DNA of 64,000 bases from the human T2T-CHM13v2.0 reference genome, Homo sapiens: the NCBI RefSeq assembly GCF_009914755.1, contig NC_060925.1; one strand, 5' to 3'. The position numbers and the translations under genes were made by a program. Position 1 is the first letter of the stretch; every line of letters starts with the position of its first letter. The notes below the pieces were generated by a model. That model did no database searches and was not told where the DNA came from. It saw only the letters and a list, made by a program, of their open reading frames with translations. Shown here one piece after another: positions 16,133 to 31,183 of this stretch.

Positions 16133-17066
16133 ATGAAGAGAGCCAATCACACAGAGTTAAGAGAGTTTGTTTTCCAAGGTTTCTCCAATTTTCCAGAACA
16201 TCAGCTCACATTTTTTGTGGTCTTTCTCACCCTCTACATTCCTAACTCTGGCTGGCAATTTCATCATTCTGGCCATAATCTATGTTGACCATCACCTCCA
16301 TACTCCTATGTACTTCTTTTTAAGTGTGCTATCCACTTCAGAGACTTTCTATTCCCTGGTCATTATCCCACGCATGCTTTCCAGCCTTGTAGGCCTGAGC
16401 CAATCCATTTCCCTGGAGGGCTGTGGGACTCAGATCTTTTTTTTTCTTGGCTTTGCCATCACCAACTGCCTCCTGCTAGCAGTAATGGAATATGATCACT
16501 ACGTGGCCATCTGCAACCCACTTCGATACTCAGTCATCATGAATTGGAGGGTGTGTGCTATACTGGCATCATCAGTCTGTGCCACAGGGTTCTCACTCTC
16601 ACTGGTTCAGACTGTGGCCATTTTCAGGTTGCTCTTTTGCACCCCACTGATTGAGCATTTCTTCTGTGATGTTCAGCCTGTGTTGGACCTGGCCTGGGCT
16701 ACCCCAATGATCAATGATATTCTGACCTTAATTATGAGCCTCCTTGCCATCACAGCCCCAGCCATCTTCCTCTTCATCTCTTATGTCCTTATTATTTCCA
16801 CCATTCTCAAGATCACCTCAGCTGAAGGCGGGAAGAAGACCTTTGCCACCTATGCATCCCACCTCACTGTGGTCATTATCCACTATGGCTGTGCCTCCAT
16901 TGCCTACTTCAAGCCCAATTTGGATAATACCAAAGATCAGGATCAGTTAATCTCAGTGACCTACACTGTCATAACACCTTTACTAAACCCTGTTGTGTAT
17001 GGTCTGAGAAATAAAGAAGTCCAGGATGCTCTGCAGAGAGTGCTGGGTAGGAAATTCTTCTCCTAA
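16133..17066 (+). pseudogene. OR10J7P: Olfactory receptor family 10 subfamily J pseudogene (about 310 aa when repaired)
   Basis: MKRANHTELREFVFQGFS...LYI in one frame, extra base near 16241, then [34 protein letters not shown] to TAA 17064-17066. MAYDRY has become MEYDHY and KAFxTC has become KTFATY. The family call is firm; the exact symbol is inferred from recalled cluster order and about 15 kb spacing. Confidence 0.9.
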
Positions 17067-19842
17067 GACGATAATCTTTTCTTAAATAGTTATGGGTGCC
17101 TTCCAGATGGAAGCCTATTGGTAAAGTCATAGAGCCAGAATTTTATGGGATCAGTGAAGCCTCATACATCACAGTCAGTGCCAAGGCAAGAGAGAAACTA
17201 GGAGCTAGCCTCTAATAATTGAGGATCATTTTCTGAACCTCTTTCAAAACAGAATAAAAACACAGGTCACTTGAAACACCTGTAGACAGACACCCATTGG
17301 CCCTACTCAAGGAGATCATGACAAGGCCAATGTATGAGCTAGTGTTCATCTCAAGCTTAAATTTAAAGATACCAGTCCATCTTGCTGAAGTGCAAACCAT
17401 ATGAAATTACTCAACTGAATTTTTTGTCATAAATTGGATGCTTGAACAAGTGGCTATTACTGAAAAGGATATGTGCAAAAATCTAATTGCCTTGTGTTTT
17501 AATAAGATAAGCAAAGCAAGAACATTTTTTAAGACATGGGTTTGGAATGAGCTAAAAACTTTTTAGAAAGAACATTTTCAGGCAATCCCCTGCACATTTC
17601 CTGCCACCCACATGTGGGACTCCAAATGAAGGGGAACTAGGTGGTGAAAGTGGGGAGTAGTAAGGACATTGAGTGGAGAAGACTCCTAATCAGCATATGA
17701 CAGCTATGAGACTTGAGGCTTGTGAACAGAGCACACGTAACTTGGTCTGATTCTTTGCTTCTTCTGGCTGAAGATAAGCCACATGGAGGAGAAGGCCTTG
17801 TGGGGCTGACAGAAATGCCTTCCTCATGAACAGGATCAGAAGAGGAGACGGCTCAGGAAGCAGAATGCTACAAAATGTTATGAAATTGGTTAGGAAGAAA
17901 GACACTTCAGAAGCAGATGCAGATGGGAGTGATAGATGAGAAGGGAAGGACAAGGCGAGGGTCAAAACGACCAAAAATCATTTTTAAAATCATTTCAGAT
18001 TGGGTCCTCTCTTTCCCTTTGTAGGCCAAGTCGCAAATGCAAAGAAAGACAATTAAATGGAAACGTGAAAGAGTCAACATAACACCTTTCTGAAAAAGTA
18101 GGTAATTTCATTACTCCCGAAAAACTGAACAAAGTCAACAGTAAGGGCTTTTGACATGAAAACTTCCATAAAGTTAAAGCAACTGAGTTAAAAGTAGATT
18201 AAAAAAAGACTATGTACTGTTCCTCACTTCAAAAAAATGTTAAAAACATTAGGGTGAATTTTAGACTCAATTTGTGGGACAAAATATGTGATGATTAAAA
18301 CTATAATGATTAACAGTTATAATTACTGACCAAATTAATGTCACAATACAAAGATATTTATAAAAAGACATACAAGAAATACATGAGTACACAGGATTCT
18401 CATTGTAAAATATTTTTAAAATGCAGAAATGTCAAATAAAATGTGTAAACCAATTGTGAATTATATAGGCTATCTATGCAAGTGCATACAAAGGTTACTT
18501 TTAGAAAGTTCTGCAATTCATTTTACTTTGTAATTCTCAGCTCCGAATCTGCTTGATGAAAAAAAAAGTAATCTAAACCTTTTCATGTAAACTCAAGCAA
18601 TTAATGATTAATAAGTCATGTTATGAGTAAAAACAATAACATTAAAAGTTCTGCTTCTCCCCTTTCTTCCACTTCCCCATTATCCTTGGGGTGAATCAAG
18701 TTCAGGTCAAGATTTCCAGCTTTCTGGAAGAAGAAGAACTTTATCCAGGTTCATTTCTACCTCCTCAGATTGGATTCTCTGGAGATACATGAGCCCCAAT
18801 GGCTCATGTATCTGTTGCCATTAATTGAGATGAGTCCAGTCTTGCCATGGTCCTTATCAATATAGTCCCTGCACTTCATATCTTCCTTATGACCATTTTG
18901 AGGCTACTCTAGGTTCTTTGTACTTCTCTCTGCCACTTCTTGAGGGCACCTGGACATTTAACTGCACCCTTGACCCTGTAGAGGAGTGGATGAAACTCAG
19001 TGAGGTATCATTGAGCCATCACCTGCTGCCTTACTCACCCATTTCTACTCCATCAGTATTCAAGCCTTTTCTAAGAGGCTTCTCTGAAAAGTGAGGGGCA
19101 TACCTTCTCTGCTTCAATCAGATTCTTTCCTTCCTTCCTTACATCAGGGTTTATTTGGGGTAGGACCAAGAGTGGGCTTTCCACAATATATAACTCTGGT
19201 GCCATCTTCTCCAAAGGCTGGATGGCTTTGTTTTATTTTGGAAAAAAAAAAAAACCTTAATTATTTCCAACTCCACAATGCACAGTTTACATTTCATATA
19301 CAAAGTACTTTAGTACTTAGGCTTTTGATATTCAAAACCATTCTTTGTAAATTAAGAGGTTTTCCACTCTAGAAAAGTTTGCTAAACTTAAAAACTATTT
19401 CAGCTTTCAATACAAATGTTTCAGTTATGAGCTTTATAAACATATTTTTGAAATTCAGTTGACTTTTTCTTGCATTCTTTTGGGTTTATCCTTCACTGGG
19501 GCAAATAAATGTCCCCTGGAATAATAAGAATTTTAAAAAGAAGGAAAGCATTGGATTATTATCATATAACATTATTCCATAATATTTCTTCCAAGAGTAT
19601 TTTTTGTGGAGATTCATAAAACATTTGCTTCCCCAGAATATAAAATTTGATTTCAAAATATGACTCTCCAGTAACAGATAAATCTTCAGCCATAAGGGAT
19701 GGGGTTCTTACCTTCCTAGACTGGAAGATACTTATGTTTACCAGCAGTATCTACCTCCTACATAGTGGGTAAAGTTTTCACCTCCTCCTAGGGGGACATT
19801 CCTCTTTTTGCACAGGGCCAGCTCCTCAGAGTGTCCAATACA

Positions 19843-22020
<2,178 letters not shown>

Positions 22021-22059
22021 AGCATTCTTTCCTTTGGGTTTGAAGAACTTTCTTCAGCA

Positions 22060-24500
22060 GAGTGCTCATTTTTCTCAAATGAACATGGAAAATTCTTTAG
22101 AATAGATCATATGTTAAATCACAAAACAAACCTTAGCAAATTTGAAAAAAATGGAAACATATCAAGTATTTTTTAATACCACAATGGAATGAAATTAGAA
22201 ATCAATAACAGCAATAAAATGGAAAAATTTTATATTACATGGAAATTAAACAACACACTATAACTATTGGGTCAAAGAGAAAATCAAAAAGGAATCTAAA
22301 AAATATGTTGAAACAAATGAAAACAAAATTAAAACATGCCAACACTATAGGATGCAACAAAAGCAGTCCTAAAAGTTTATGATCATAAATGCCTACATTT
22401 AAAGAAAGACAGATCTCAGATGCAGAAACCTAACTATACACCTCAAGGGACAAGAAAAAAGAAGAACAAACTACACCCAAAGTTAACAGAAAAATAAAAT
22501 AATAAAGATTAGAGCAGAAATAGAGAATCGAAAAACAACAGAAAAATTAACAAACCTAAAAGTTCTTTCTATAAAAAAGATAAATTAAATGGACAACCCT
22601 TAGCTAGAATAAAAGAGAAAATAAGAGACAGAAGACTCATATAAATTTAGAAGTGAAGAAAGAGACATTACAACAGATGCCTAAGAAATAAAAAAGATCA
22701 TAGAGATTTCTATGAACAATTAAAAGGCAACAAATTATATTTGTATAGCCTGGAAGAAATGGATAAATTTCTAGAATTATGCAGCCTACCAAAACTAATC
22801 AAGAAGAAATAGAAAACTTGAACAGATGAAAATAATCAGTAGATTGACTCAGTATTAGAATCCTTCCAACAAAGAAAAGCCCAGGACCAGATGGCTTTAT
22901 GAATGAATCCTAGCAAACAGTCAAAGAAAATTTAATATAAGTCCTTCTTAAACGCTTCTAAAAAATAGAAGAGAAAACAGTTCTATACTCATTTGATAAG
23001 GCCAAAGCCAAAGACACCACAAGAAAAGAAAACTACAAGTCAAAATCTCCCATGAATATAGATGAAAAATCCTGAATAAAATACCAGCTATCTAAATCCA
23101 ATAGTACACCACAAAGATTATACGCCATGGCCAAATGGGATTTATCTCTGGAATGCAGGGTGAAATCAACATAAGCAAATTAATCATTATGATACATCAC
23201 ATTAACGGAATGAAAATAAATCACATGATAATCTCAATAGATGTAGAAAAAAGCATTTTACAAAGTTTGACATTCATTCATGATAACAACTCTCAGTAAA
23301 ATATGTAAAGAAAGAAGTAACATAAACATGATAAAGGCTATTTATGAAAAACCCACAGATAATATCATAATCAATAGGGAAAAACAACTTTTTCTCTAAA
23401 ATCCAATATAAGGCAAGAATGCTCACCCTTGCCACTCTATTCAACATAGTACTGGAAGTCCTAGAAAGACAAATAGAAAAGAGAGAGAAAGAAAAGGCAT
23501 TGAAATTAGAAAGGGAAAAGTAAAATTATCTCCGTTTGCAGATGACATGATCCTCTATGTAGAAAACCCTAAAAACTCCATGAAAGAAAAAAAAACTGTT
23601 AGAATAAATAAATTCACTAAAGGTACAGGATACACATTCAGTGTACAAAGATCAATAGCATTACTTTGCATCAAAAATAAACTATACACGAAGAAAATTT
23701 TTAAAAATCTCATTTACAATAACATAAAAAAGAATAAATTACTTAAGAACAAATTTAACCAGGGAGGTGAAAGATTTGTATACTGAAAACCAAAAAATAT
23801 TGATGAAAGAAATTAAAGAAGAAACCAATAAATGGAAAGATATCCCGTGTTCATGGATTGGAAGAATTTATATTATTAAAATGTCTATAATACCTAAAGT
23901 GATTTATAGATTGAATGTAATCTATATTTATTAGAATTTCAATTGTATTTTTTACAGAAATAAAAGGAAAAATTCTAAAAATTTGTATGGAACCACAAAA
24001 GATCCCAAATAGCCAAAGTAATCTTGAGAAACAAGAGAAAAGCTGAAGGCATCACACATCCTGATTTAAATATATTGCAAAGCTGTAGTAATCATACAGT
24101 ATAATACTGGCATAAAAACAGCAACATAGACCAATGGAACAGAATGAAGAGCCCAGAAATAAAACCACATGTACAAAATTAACCAATCTTCAATAAAGGC
24201 ACCAAGGACATAACATGGGGAAAAGATAATCTCTTGTTGTGTTGGTAAAATGTGATATCCACATGCAGAAGAAAAGAAAACTACAGGTTATTATTTTACA
24301 GAATACACAAAAATTAATTCAGAACAGATTGAAGACTTAAACCTAAGACCTGAAATCATAAAAATTCCTAAAAGAAAACATAGGAAAAAGATGCTTAACA
24401 GTCTTGGCAATGATTTTTTTTTCATATAACACAAAAAGCACAGGTAACAAAAGCAAAAATAAATAAGTGGGACTACAACAAACTAAAAAGCTTCTGTTTA
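22060..24500 (+). mobile_element. L1M ORF2 fragment (endonuclease end, RT, post-RT), decayed
   Basis: AGCCCAGGACCAGATGGCTT, TTTGCAGATGACATGATC (FADDMI), GACCAATGGAACAGAAT. Confidence 0.9.
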
Positions 24501-24504
24501 GGAA

Positions 24505-24776
24505 AAAAAAAAGAATGTTGTGTCTGTACTGAACATGCACAGACTTTTTTTCTTGTCATTATTCTCTAAGCAATACAGTACAACACTCATTTACATAACA
24601 CTTACATTTGATTAGATGTTATAAGTAATCTAGAGATGATTTAAAGTAAATGGGAGGATGTGCATAGGTTGCATGCAAAGATTATGCCATTTGATATAAC
24701 GGACTTGAGCATCCTCAGATTTTACTAGCCGTAGTGCATCTTGGAACAAATCTACGTGGATACTGAAGGACCACTG
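24505..24776 (-). mobile_element. MER2 (TcMar-Tigger)
   Basis: GGAGGATGTGCATAGGTT...GTGGATACTGAAGGACCACTG followed by TA. Confidence 0.85.
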
Positions 24777-24779
24777 TAT

Positions 24780-25910
24780 ACCTTACTTTGTTTCTTACAA
24801 CCAAATAAATTTCAGATGAATCAATATTGAAGCATACGAAGTATATGGGACAGCATGGTGCTTTTTAAAAATAATCTTGGAGTTAGGAAGTCCCTTTTAA
24901 GCACTAATCAAAACGCATAAGCAATAAAGTTTGATTTCAAGAGATAAATACATGAATATAATATTGCAAAAATTTCAAACACACAAATCCAGTAAAAATG
25001 ATAAATGGAAGAACAATATTTGCAATATATATGATAAAAGGCATATTTTCTTATCTTAGCACTCACAAGAAAAGGACAACTAACACTATGAAAAATGAGC
25101 AAGATACGTAAATGGACATACGCAGCATATAAAGTAGAAATTGCTAATAAGCATATGAAAAGATACTTAACCTTATTTGTAATTAAAGAAATTAAAATTC
25201 AAAGGAAAAAATAATAAACCCCTTTTACCTTTAAGTTTGCCCATTTTTTAAGGAGTTGGTAATACCCATCATTGATGAAAGTGTGGGTGAGGAAGCATTC
25301 TCAGTGTTGCCGAGTGTGTAAATGAATGTATCCTATTTTGGTTTCAGTTTGGCAATAGTTATTAAGATTTTAAAGGCACATATTACTGATCAAGGAATTT
25401 TACTTTCAGGAATGTATTCTATAGATGAGCTGCCAGAAGTACACAAATATATATGAACAATTCTATTATTCCTCAACAGTAGAATGGATTAAAAATATCG
25501 AGATATATTCACATAATGGAATAGTATAAGGCAGCTAGTGAACTATAGCTCTTTCTGGATATTATTAGTGTAACTGAATTATAAAAAGAAGCAAGTCTTA
25601 GAAAAGTGTATACAGTATTACATTTTATAAAGCTCAAAAGTAGGTATAGCTAAGTAATGTATTTTTAAACATACATACATATGTCATAAAGATATAACAA
25701 TAAATAAGATACAATAAATATAAAAATTAGAATAATAGTAACCACTGGTGGGGGTGAGGGGTACAGTGTGAAGAAATAGGGAGGTGGGAAAAATGAAAAA
25801 TAGCTCTTGAGTTAAGTTGAGTGATAGATTCCTAAATGTTCATCTTATTGTTATGCTCCACAACTTAAACACAGTGTTTTGTAAACATCAAGTGTTATAT
25901 TAAAAATAAC
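24780..25910 (+). mobile_element. L1ME 3' fragments
   Basis: GCTAATAAGCATATGAAAAGATACTTAACC, ATATTCACATAATGGAATAGTAT. Confidence 0.55.
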
Positions 25911-26371
25911 AAAAATATATATATTTTGTACATTAAAAAATATAATAACATATGCCAAACCTATACGTGGACACAGAATGCTTAGGCAAATCATAACTGG
26001 TGGCTTCTTGTCTGCCTAGCCAGAGCTTTGTTAACTTTGAAAGTTGTTTAGAAACTTTAGTCTTGCCTTTTACAGTTATCATCTAGTCCACTAAATGTAT
26101 ATCTTTTACATTTACCAACTCAAATTGATATCATCTTGAGTTTCTAATAGGTTAGCAGGTGATCTAGAACCTCCCTTTTTGGTGTCTTACATTTTCCCTT
26201 TATTTTTCTAATCCCTGTAACTTAAGTATTACAATAGACTGATGAAGTTGACATAAACACTTAAGAAGGGAGAGTCTAGAGTTTGAGTTGTCTATTTTTT
26301 TTTCCTATTTCCCTTTGAGGGCATCTAATCTAAATTGTCCAAGAGAAGATACTGGCCATCTACTAATTTAC

Positions 26372-26760
26372 TGTGGCAGACTATATTTTCAAAAAATGGA
26401 CATATCTCTTTTATTCCTCATGCTCTTCTTAGAGTGTGCCATTCCCTCATTAAGAGGTGAGGTCTGTACTCTCACCCCTTGAAACTGAGTGGACCTTTGT
26501 TACTTCTTGACTAAAGCAGTGGGGAAGCCCAGGCCACATGGAAAGATGATGTGTAGGTATTTCAGTCAATAGGCAATATCAACTGACTGGCACGTGAGTG
26601 AGCAAGTTCCATCTACCTCCTGAACAAAATTGCATGACAGACTCTAAGTGAGAATAGCCCAGTTGAAATCAATCACCCATACAGAGGTAATTACAAATGA
26701 TTGTTGTTGCTTTATGCTCCTAAGTTTGGGGTACTGTGTTATGCAACACTAGACTAGAAC
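26372..26760 (+). mobile_element. MLT1 (MLT1H-like) MaLR LTR
   Basis: TGTGGCAGACTATATTTTCAAAAAATGG start, CCCCTTGAAACTGAG, end TAAGTTTGGGGTACTGTGTTATGCAAC. Confidence 0.75.
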
Positions 26761-27644
26761 GTCTGGGTTTCAGTACAAGCAATTATGGACATAGGCAGCT
26801 ATACTTACACATGGGGACTATCCTACATACTCAGTGCTAAGCAGAGTTAGAGGCATCAAGCATAGATCCCAGAGACACTGCACTTCCTGGTTCTCAGCCC
26901 TGTCCATTGTTTATACAGCCAGATCTTGAGAAACCTGCCAACCAGGAGTTAGAAGTTATTTGACCATCAAACTCCTAACAGACCCCAGCCTACTGTCCTT
27001 CATTTTCCTGGTTATTTATAAACACAGAATTCGGCTAGATTTCATATTTAACCCTTGAAACATGAAAGGACACCCCTTTACTGGCAAATAAGGTTATTAG
27101 TACATTCACCCCCAAGATGTCCTCCTAATCTGTTGACAGGAAGTTCAGATTGCTACAATACAAAGTTCTCTCTATCCTTTTTCTGTGTTGATAAAGCTGT
27201 CCTAATTTTCTCTGCTGAAAGGGTCTTTATATCTACTTCCCGTCTAGGGGAGGGAGCCTCTTTATGCCTCAGTGCAGATTTGTGTCTTTAATGATAACTA
27301 GGGTAACAGTTTGGCCCCTCTCTCACTAGAGCAGATAAAGAAAAGTACATGTTTAATCAACAGAATGGCACAAAAATGAATGATCCAATCATAATTCGAC
27401 CCCCAAGACAGTGCAGGTTGTAATGCATACGAAGGTACTACTCAGCTGCAAACAATAAGGAAAAAAGTTGGGATGTTAACTTTATCAATGATAATTTAAT
27501 TACAAATATTGGAGTTTTCTCCAGTTTGGCCAATATTTTCTTATGTCTGTGAACTAATAGGAATAAAAGCAAATGTAATTAACATTCTTATATTTGCTAT
27601 AAAGTTTTTGATTTTATAATTTTTTCGATCCAAAAGTTACCACA

Positions 27645-27931
27645 GGCTGAGTGTGGTGTCTCATGCCTGTAATCCCCAGTGCTTTGAGAGGCTGAGGCAG
27701 AAGAATCACTTGAGGCCAGGAATTTGAGACCAGACTGTGCGGTATAATGAGATCCCCTTTCTAATTTTCTTTTAGATTAGCTGAGTATGGTGGCACACAC
27801 CTGTAGTCCTAGCTACTCAGAAGGCCAAGACAGGAGGATAGCTTGAGTCCAGGAGGTTGAGACTGCAGTGAGCTATGATTGCTCCACTGCACTCCAGCCT
27901 GGGCAACAGAGCAAGATTTTGTCCCTAAAAA
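27645..27931 (+). mobile_element. AluJ
   Basis: Diverged dimer with J diagnostics (GGAGGATAGCTTGAG, GAGCTATGATTG); degenerate TSD AAGTTACCACA/AAGTTATGACA. Confidence 0.9.
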
Positions 27932-28214
27932 TTATTTCTTTTAAGTTATGACAAATAGGAAATATAAAATACAAATGAAAAAATCAGTATGAGGAGCATT
28001 TTTCAAGTTTATTAAGATATTAATGCAGGTACCTTATTTTTGGCCAAGTACGGAAAAATTAACTTGGAGGAGAATTGGCAGAATTCGTGATGAGATAGAC
28101 ATAAATTTTAAAAAAATAGAATAAAGTGCCAAGGGTTGTGGCAGGAAAACCAGTGGGAGGATAACCCCAGATTGGGCTCATGAAACCCAGTGTATTTAAC
28201 TGTTTGCCAGATGG

Positions 28215-28224
28215 TCCCTTGGGA
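28215..28224. promoter_or_regulatory. Consensus O/E (EBF) site, candidate promoter of the second OR
   Basis: TCCCTTGGGA matches TCCCNNGGGA, about 3 kb upstream of the OR exon in unique DNA; motif only. Confidence 0.3.
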
Positions 28225-30119
28225 TGAAGTCCTGGTTCATGTTTTTGGAGCTCTAAAATGGCCTCCTGGCCTTCTAGAGAGGTTTCTATTGTCTAATGAG
28301 ATTTGATCTTCCCTTTCTGAATCCTACAGGACAAAAACTGGCCAAAATTGAGTTTTTTTTAGTTCAGAGAACAGAAAAAAAAGCACAGCTTATAATATTG
28401 AACAAGGTTTTTAACGATAGAAAGAGCTGCAGGGTTTCCTGGAATCCAAGACAGTGCGCTTAGCTAAAGCTCGCTTGGGCTTCGTAACCATGGTTTTCCA
28501 AGGCTCAACTGCATAAAAATAGAATATTTATTTAAAAAATAAAACATGACAAATAAGCCACTGCTGTTTCTACTTGCTGTGAAAACTGCCTCAAGTCTCC
28601 CAAAGCACAAGTCCATATCATCTGGTAAATGTGCCGCACACTTAACGAGGTCCCCTGGTACTGGCTGTCTGCTTCCTCTTAGTCAAAGGGCGACTCTCAA
28701 GAGTGCTCAGTGAATGACACTGAGAAACCCTGAAACCTTGAAAGCTGCTCATCAGAGAGCCTTTCTTTGGTATCAAAAGGTCCTCCTCAAGCTGGAGGAA
28801 ATATCCAGTATCCAAAGAGCCCCCTGTAACTTTCCTTTGACCTCCATCCCTAGACTGGTCCTATGGCAGATGGAAGGCCCACATTCAGATGTCTTTTCTT
28901 CATGATCTTGATTTGTGAATACTTGTGATCAAGGTTTCACATCTCTGACCTCTACCTCAACTTTTCGGTTGAGCCACAGATTTGCAGAAAGAGAAGTAAG
29001 TGATTTGGAAAGAGACTTCAATGGTTAGCAGAGGGAGCCTTATAAGGAATAAAATACATGCATGAAGTTTTTTTAAATCATTTTTAAAGGGCAAACTATA
29101 TTAAGCTGGGAAGAATCCTGATGTCTATGAATATTTGGGTTTCCTTGATTTATTACTTTCAAGGATCTCCTGTTAATCCTAAGGAACTAAAATTTCTCAG
29201 GATTAAAGAGTGCCTTGATTAGCATGATAATAAGGAATGTGGCTCTGACACTTATCAGCTATGCATGCTCTCTTGTCTATATTCTTATCTTCAGACAATC
29301 CATGGTCCACAGAGACACAGTTTAGAAAGCTTCATAAAGAATGTTTACAGTTACTTACCATGCTGCACACATCACAAACAACTTTTCCTGTCAAGAAATG
29401 GTCTCTGATGTCTAACACAAAATTTATTTCTTGCAACCTCATCTGATTTTCTTTCATATCATGCACTGAGGAGTTGAAGCACAGCCATGCACCAATTTCT
29501 TATAAATACTCTTTGTAGATTTTCTTATGAAAAGGGGTATATTTCTGAAAAATAGATAAATTGAATTTAATTTTAAAAGCACTAAAGAAGCTTACCTTTG
29601 AAATTCACCCAATAGTAAATCATTTTGTGATGTGGATTCATTTGCTTTACTTCCAACAAATTGTACTTTTGAAGTAATTCCATCATTATATTTCTAAATT
29701 TATCTTTTTTACAATGAACCTATTATGTATTATATAGTGATTACTGATAAGGTAAAGGCTACTAGAAAAGTTTTATTACCAGTGTATTTTTCAATTACTT
29801 GTTAATAATGTCATACTTTCTTCTAGTGTTATAATTCCAGTGTTAAAATTTAGCCCAATTATTTAGTTGTTTGTTGCTATCACAGACCTAGACATCATAA
29901 AAAGTCAAAGATTAAAAACATTTATGCCTTCTCTTTGAAGAAAATATCATTGTAATGCTCTGGTATTCTACTTTCTAATGGACAATTTGTGTGAAGGAGC
30001 AATGACTCGTAATGATTCTACCAGCAGATATTTGTCCCCCATAGTGGAGTGGCCAACCTGGAGTCATAAAAAGAGGGAATACATGGTCCCTGTTTAGCTA
30101 TAGAGGGGACAGTTTTATA

Positions 30120-30350
30120 ATGCAGTTTTGTGTAGTGGAAGAAACAATGGACATAGGGTCAAAAGATATGAATTCTAGTCTTGGTTTAGTCCTTTGACCC
30201 CTGTCTGTCCAAAAATAATTGCCTAACCAGAGCTGTTCTTCAGTTTTTGCATCTAGAGAGAGACAGTTCATCTTTGTCCTCCTTGCTCTGTTGGATGGTA
30301 ATAAGATTAAATAATGTATGCAAAAATATTTTGTAATCACAATTTCACTG
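30120..30350 (+). mobile_element. MIR
   Basis: GTGTAGTGGAAGAAACAATGGAC...CTTCAGTTTTTGCATCT...AAGATTAAATAATGTATGCAAAA. Confidence 0.6.
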
Positions 30351-30465
30351 TAAGGGGCTTACAATATAAAAATAAAAAAACACTGAACAGTTCTATGCCA
30401 CCTACATGTGCAGAGACATGAGACATATAGGCCCCAGAGAGAGAGAGAGAGTAAGGAGAAAAAGA

Positions 30466-30562
30466 TTTTTTTTTTTTTGAGATGGAGTCTTGCTCTGTTG
30501 CCCAGGCTTGAGTGCAGTGGTGCGAACTTGGCTCACTGCTATCTCCACCTCCTGGGTTCCAA
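30466..30562 (-). mobile_element. 5'-truncated Alu (3' end of right arm only)
   Basis: T run plus GAGATGGAGTCTTGCTCTGTTGCCCAGGC; TSD AGGAGAAAAAGATTTT / AGGAAAAAAGATTTT. Confidence 0.9.
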
Positions 30563-30879
30563 TGAGGAAAAAAGATTTTCTAAAGGACATGGGTTTTATT
30601 TGTCTTTGAAAAATGAGTGGTGTCTAGGGAAGAGGAGTGTAGAACAGAGTTGAGAGGAGCAATATCATCAGAGTCAAAATAATGGAATGAAAATGCAGTG
30701 TGGAAATTACAGTAACACAGGCTTTATTCAAACTTTAGAAGCTCAAAAATTATCAGGTAGCTATGAAGCCTGGAGTTCTGCATGACACCACTGAACTCGC
30801 ATTTATTCAATGTTGTTTTTAAAATTCAAATATGAGTATTATAATTAGTATACAATTTTTCCATCAACAATTCTATGAT

Positions 30880-31012
30880 GTTATCACCACTACATCCATA
30901 AAGGTGAGGAAACTGGTCTTATAAATTATAAGTCCTTGCCCAAGATAAGTTAGCATATGCAAGAAGTAGGAAATTAGTTTACAACATTTGACTTTAAAAG
31001 CCATGTACTTTC
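30880..31012 (-). mobile_element. MIR fragment
   Basis: AAGGTGAGGAAACTG...CTTGCCCAAGAT...TGACTTTAAAAGCC. Confidence 0.6.
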
Positions 31013-31159
31013 TTCTGAATGAGGAAAGAACGTTTCTCCACTCTCTACTCCTAAAAGAAATAAGTATGAATGTAAAAAAGCAGAGACCTAAGGTGTATTA
31101 ATCACAGGAATTTTCCCAGCCTATTATTTGACAGAAATCATCCATCTAGGTTCCTTACA

Positions 31160-31178
31160 TTATTTTTTTCTTTCTCAG
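31160..31178 (+). promoter_or_regulatory. Splice acceptor of the second OR coding exon
   Basis: TTATTTTTTTCTTTCTCAG just before ATG 31184/31196. Confidence 0.7.
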
Positions 31179-31183
31179 ATATC

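Noticed and set aside
16167-17066. 299-aa ORF as an intact olfactory receptor
   Set aside because: It starts at a non-ATG codon and its first 25 or so residues are out-of-frame sequence; the true N-terminus is in another frame from ATG 16133.
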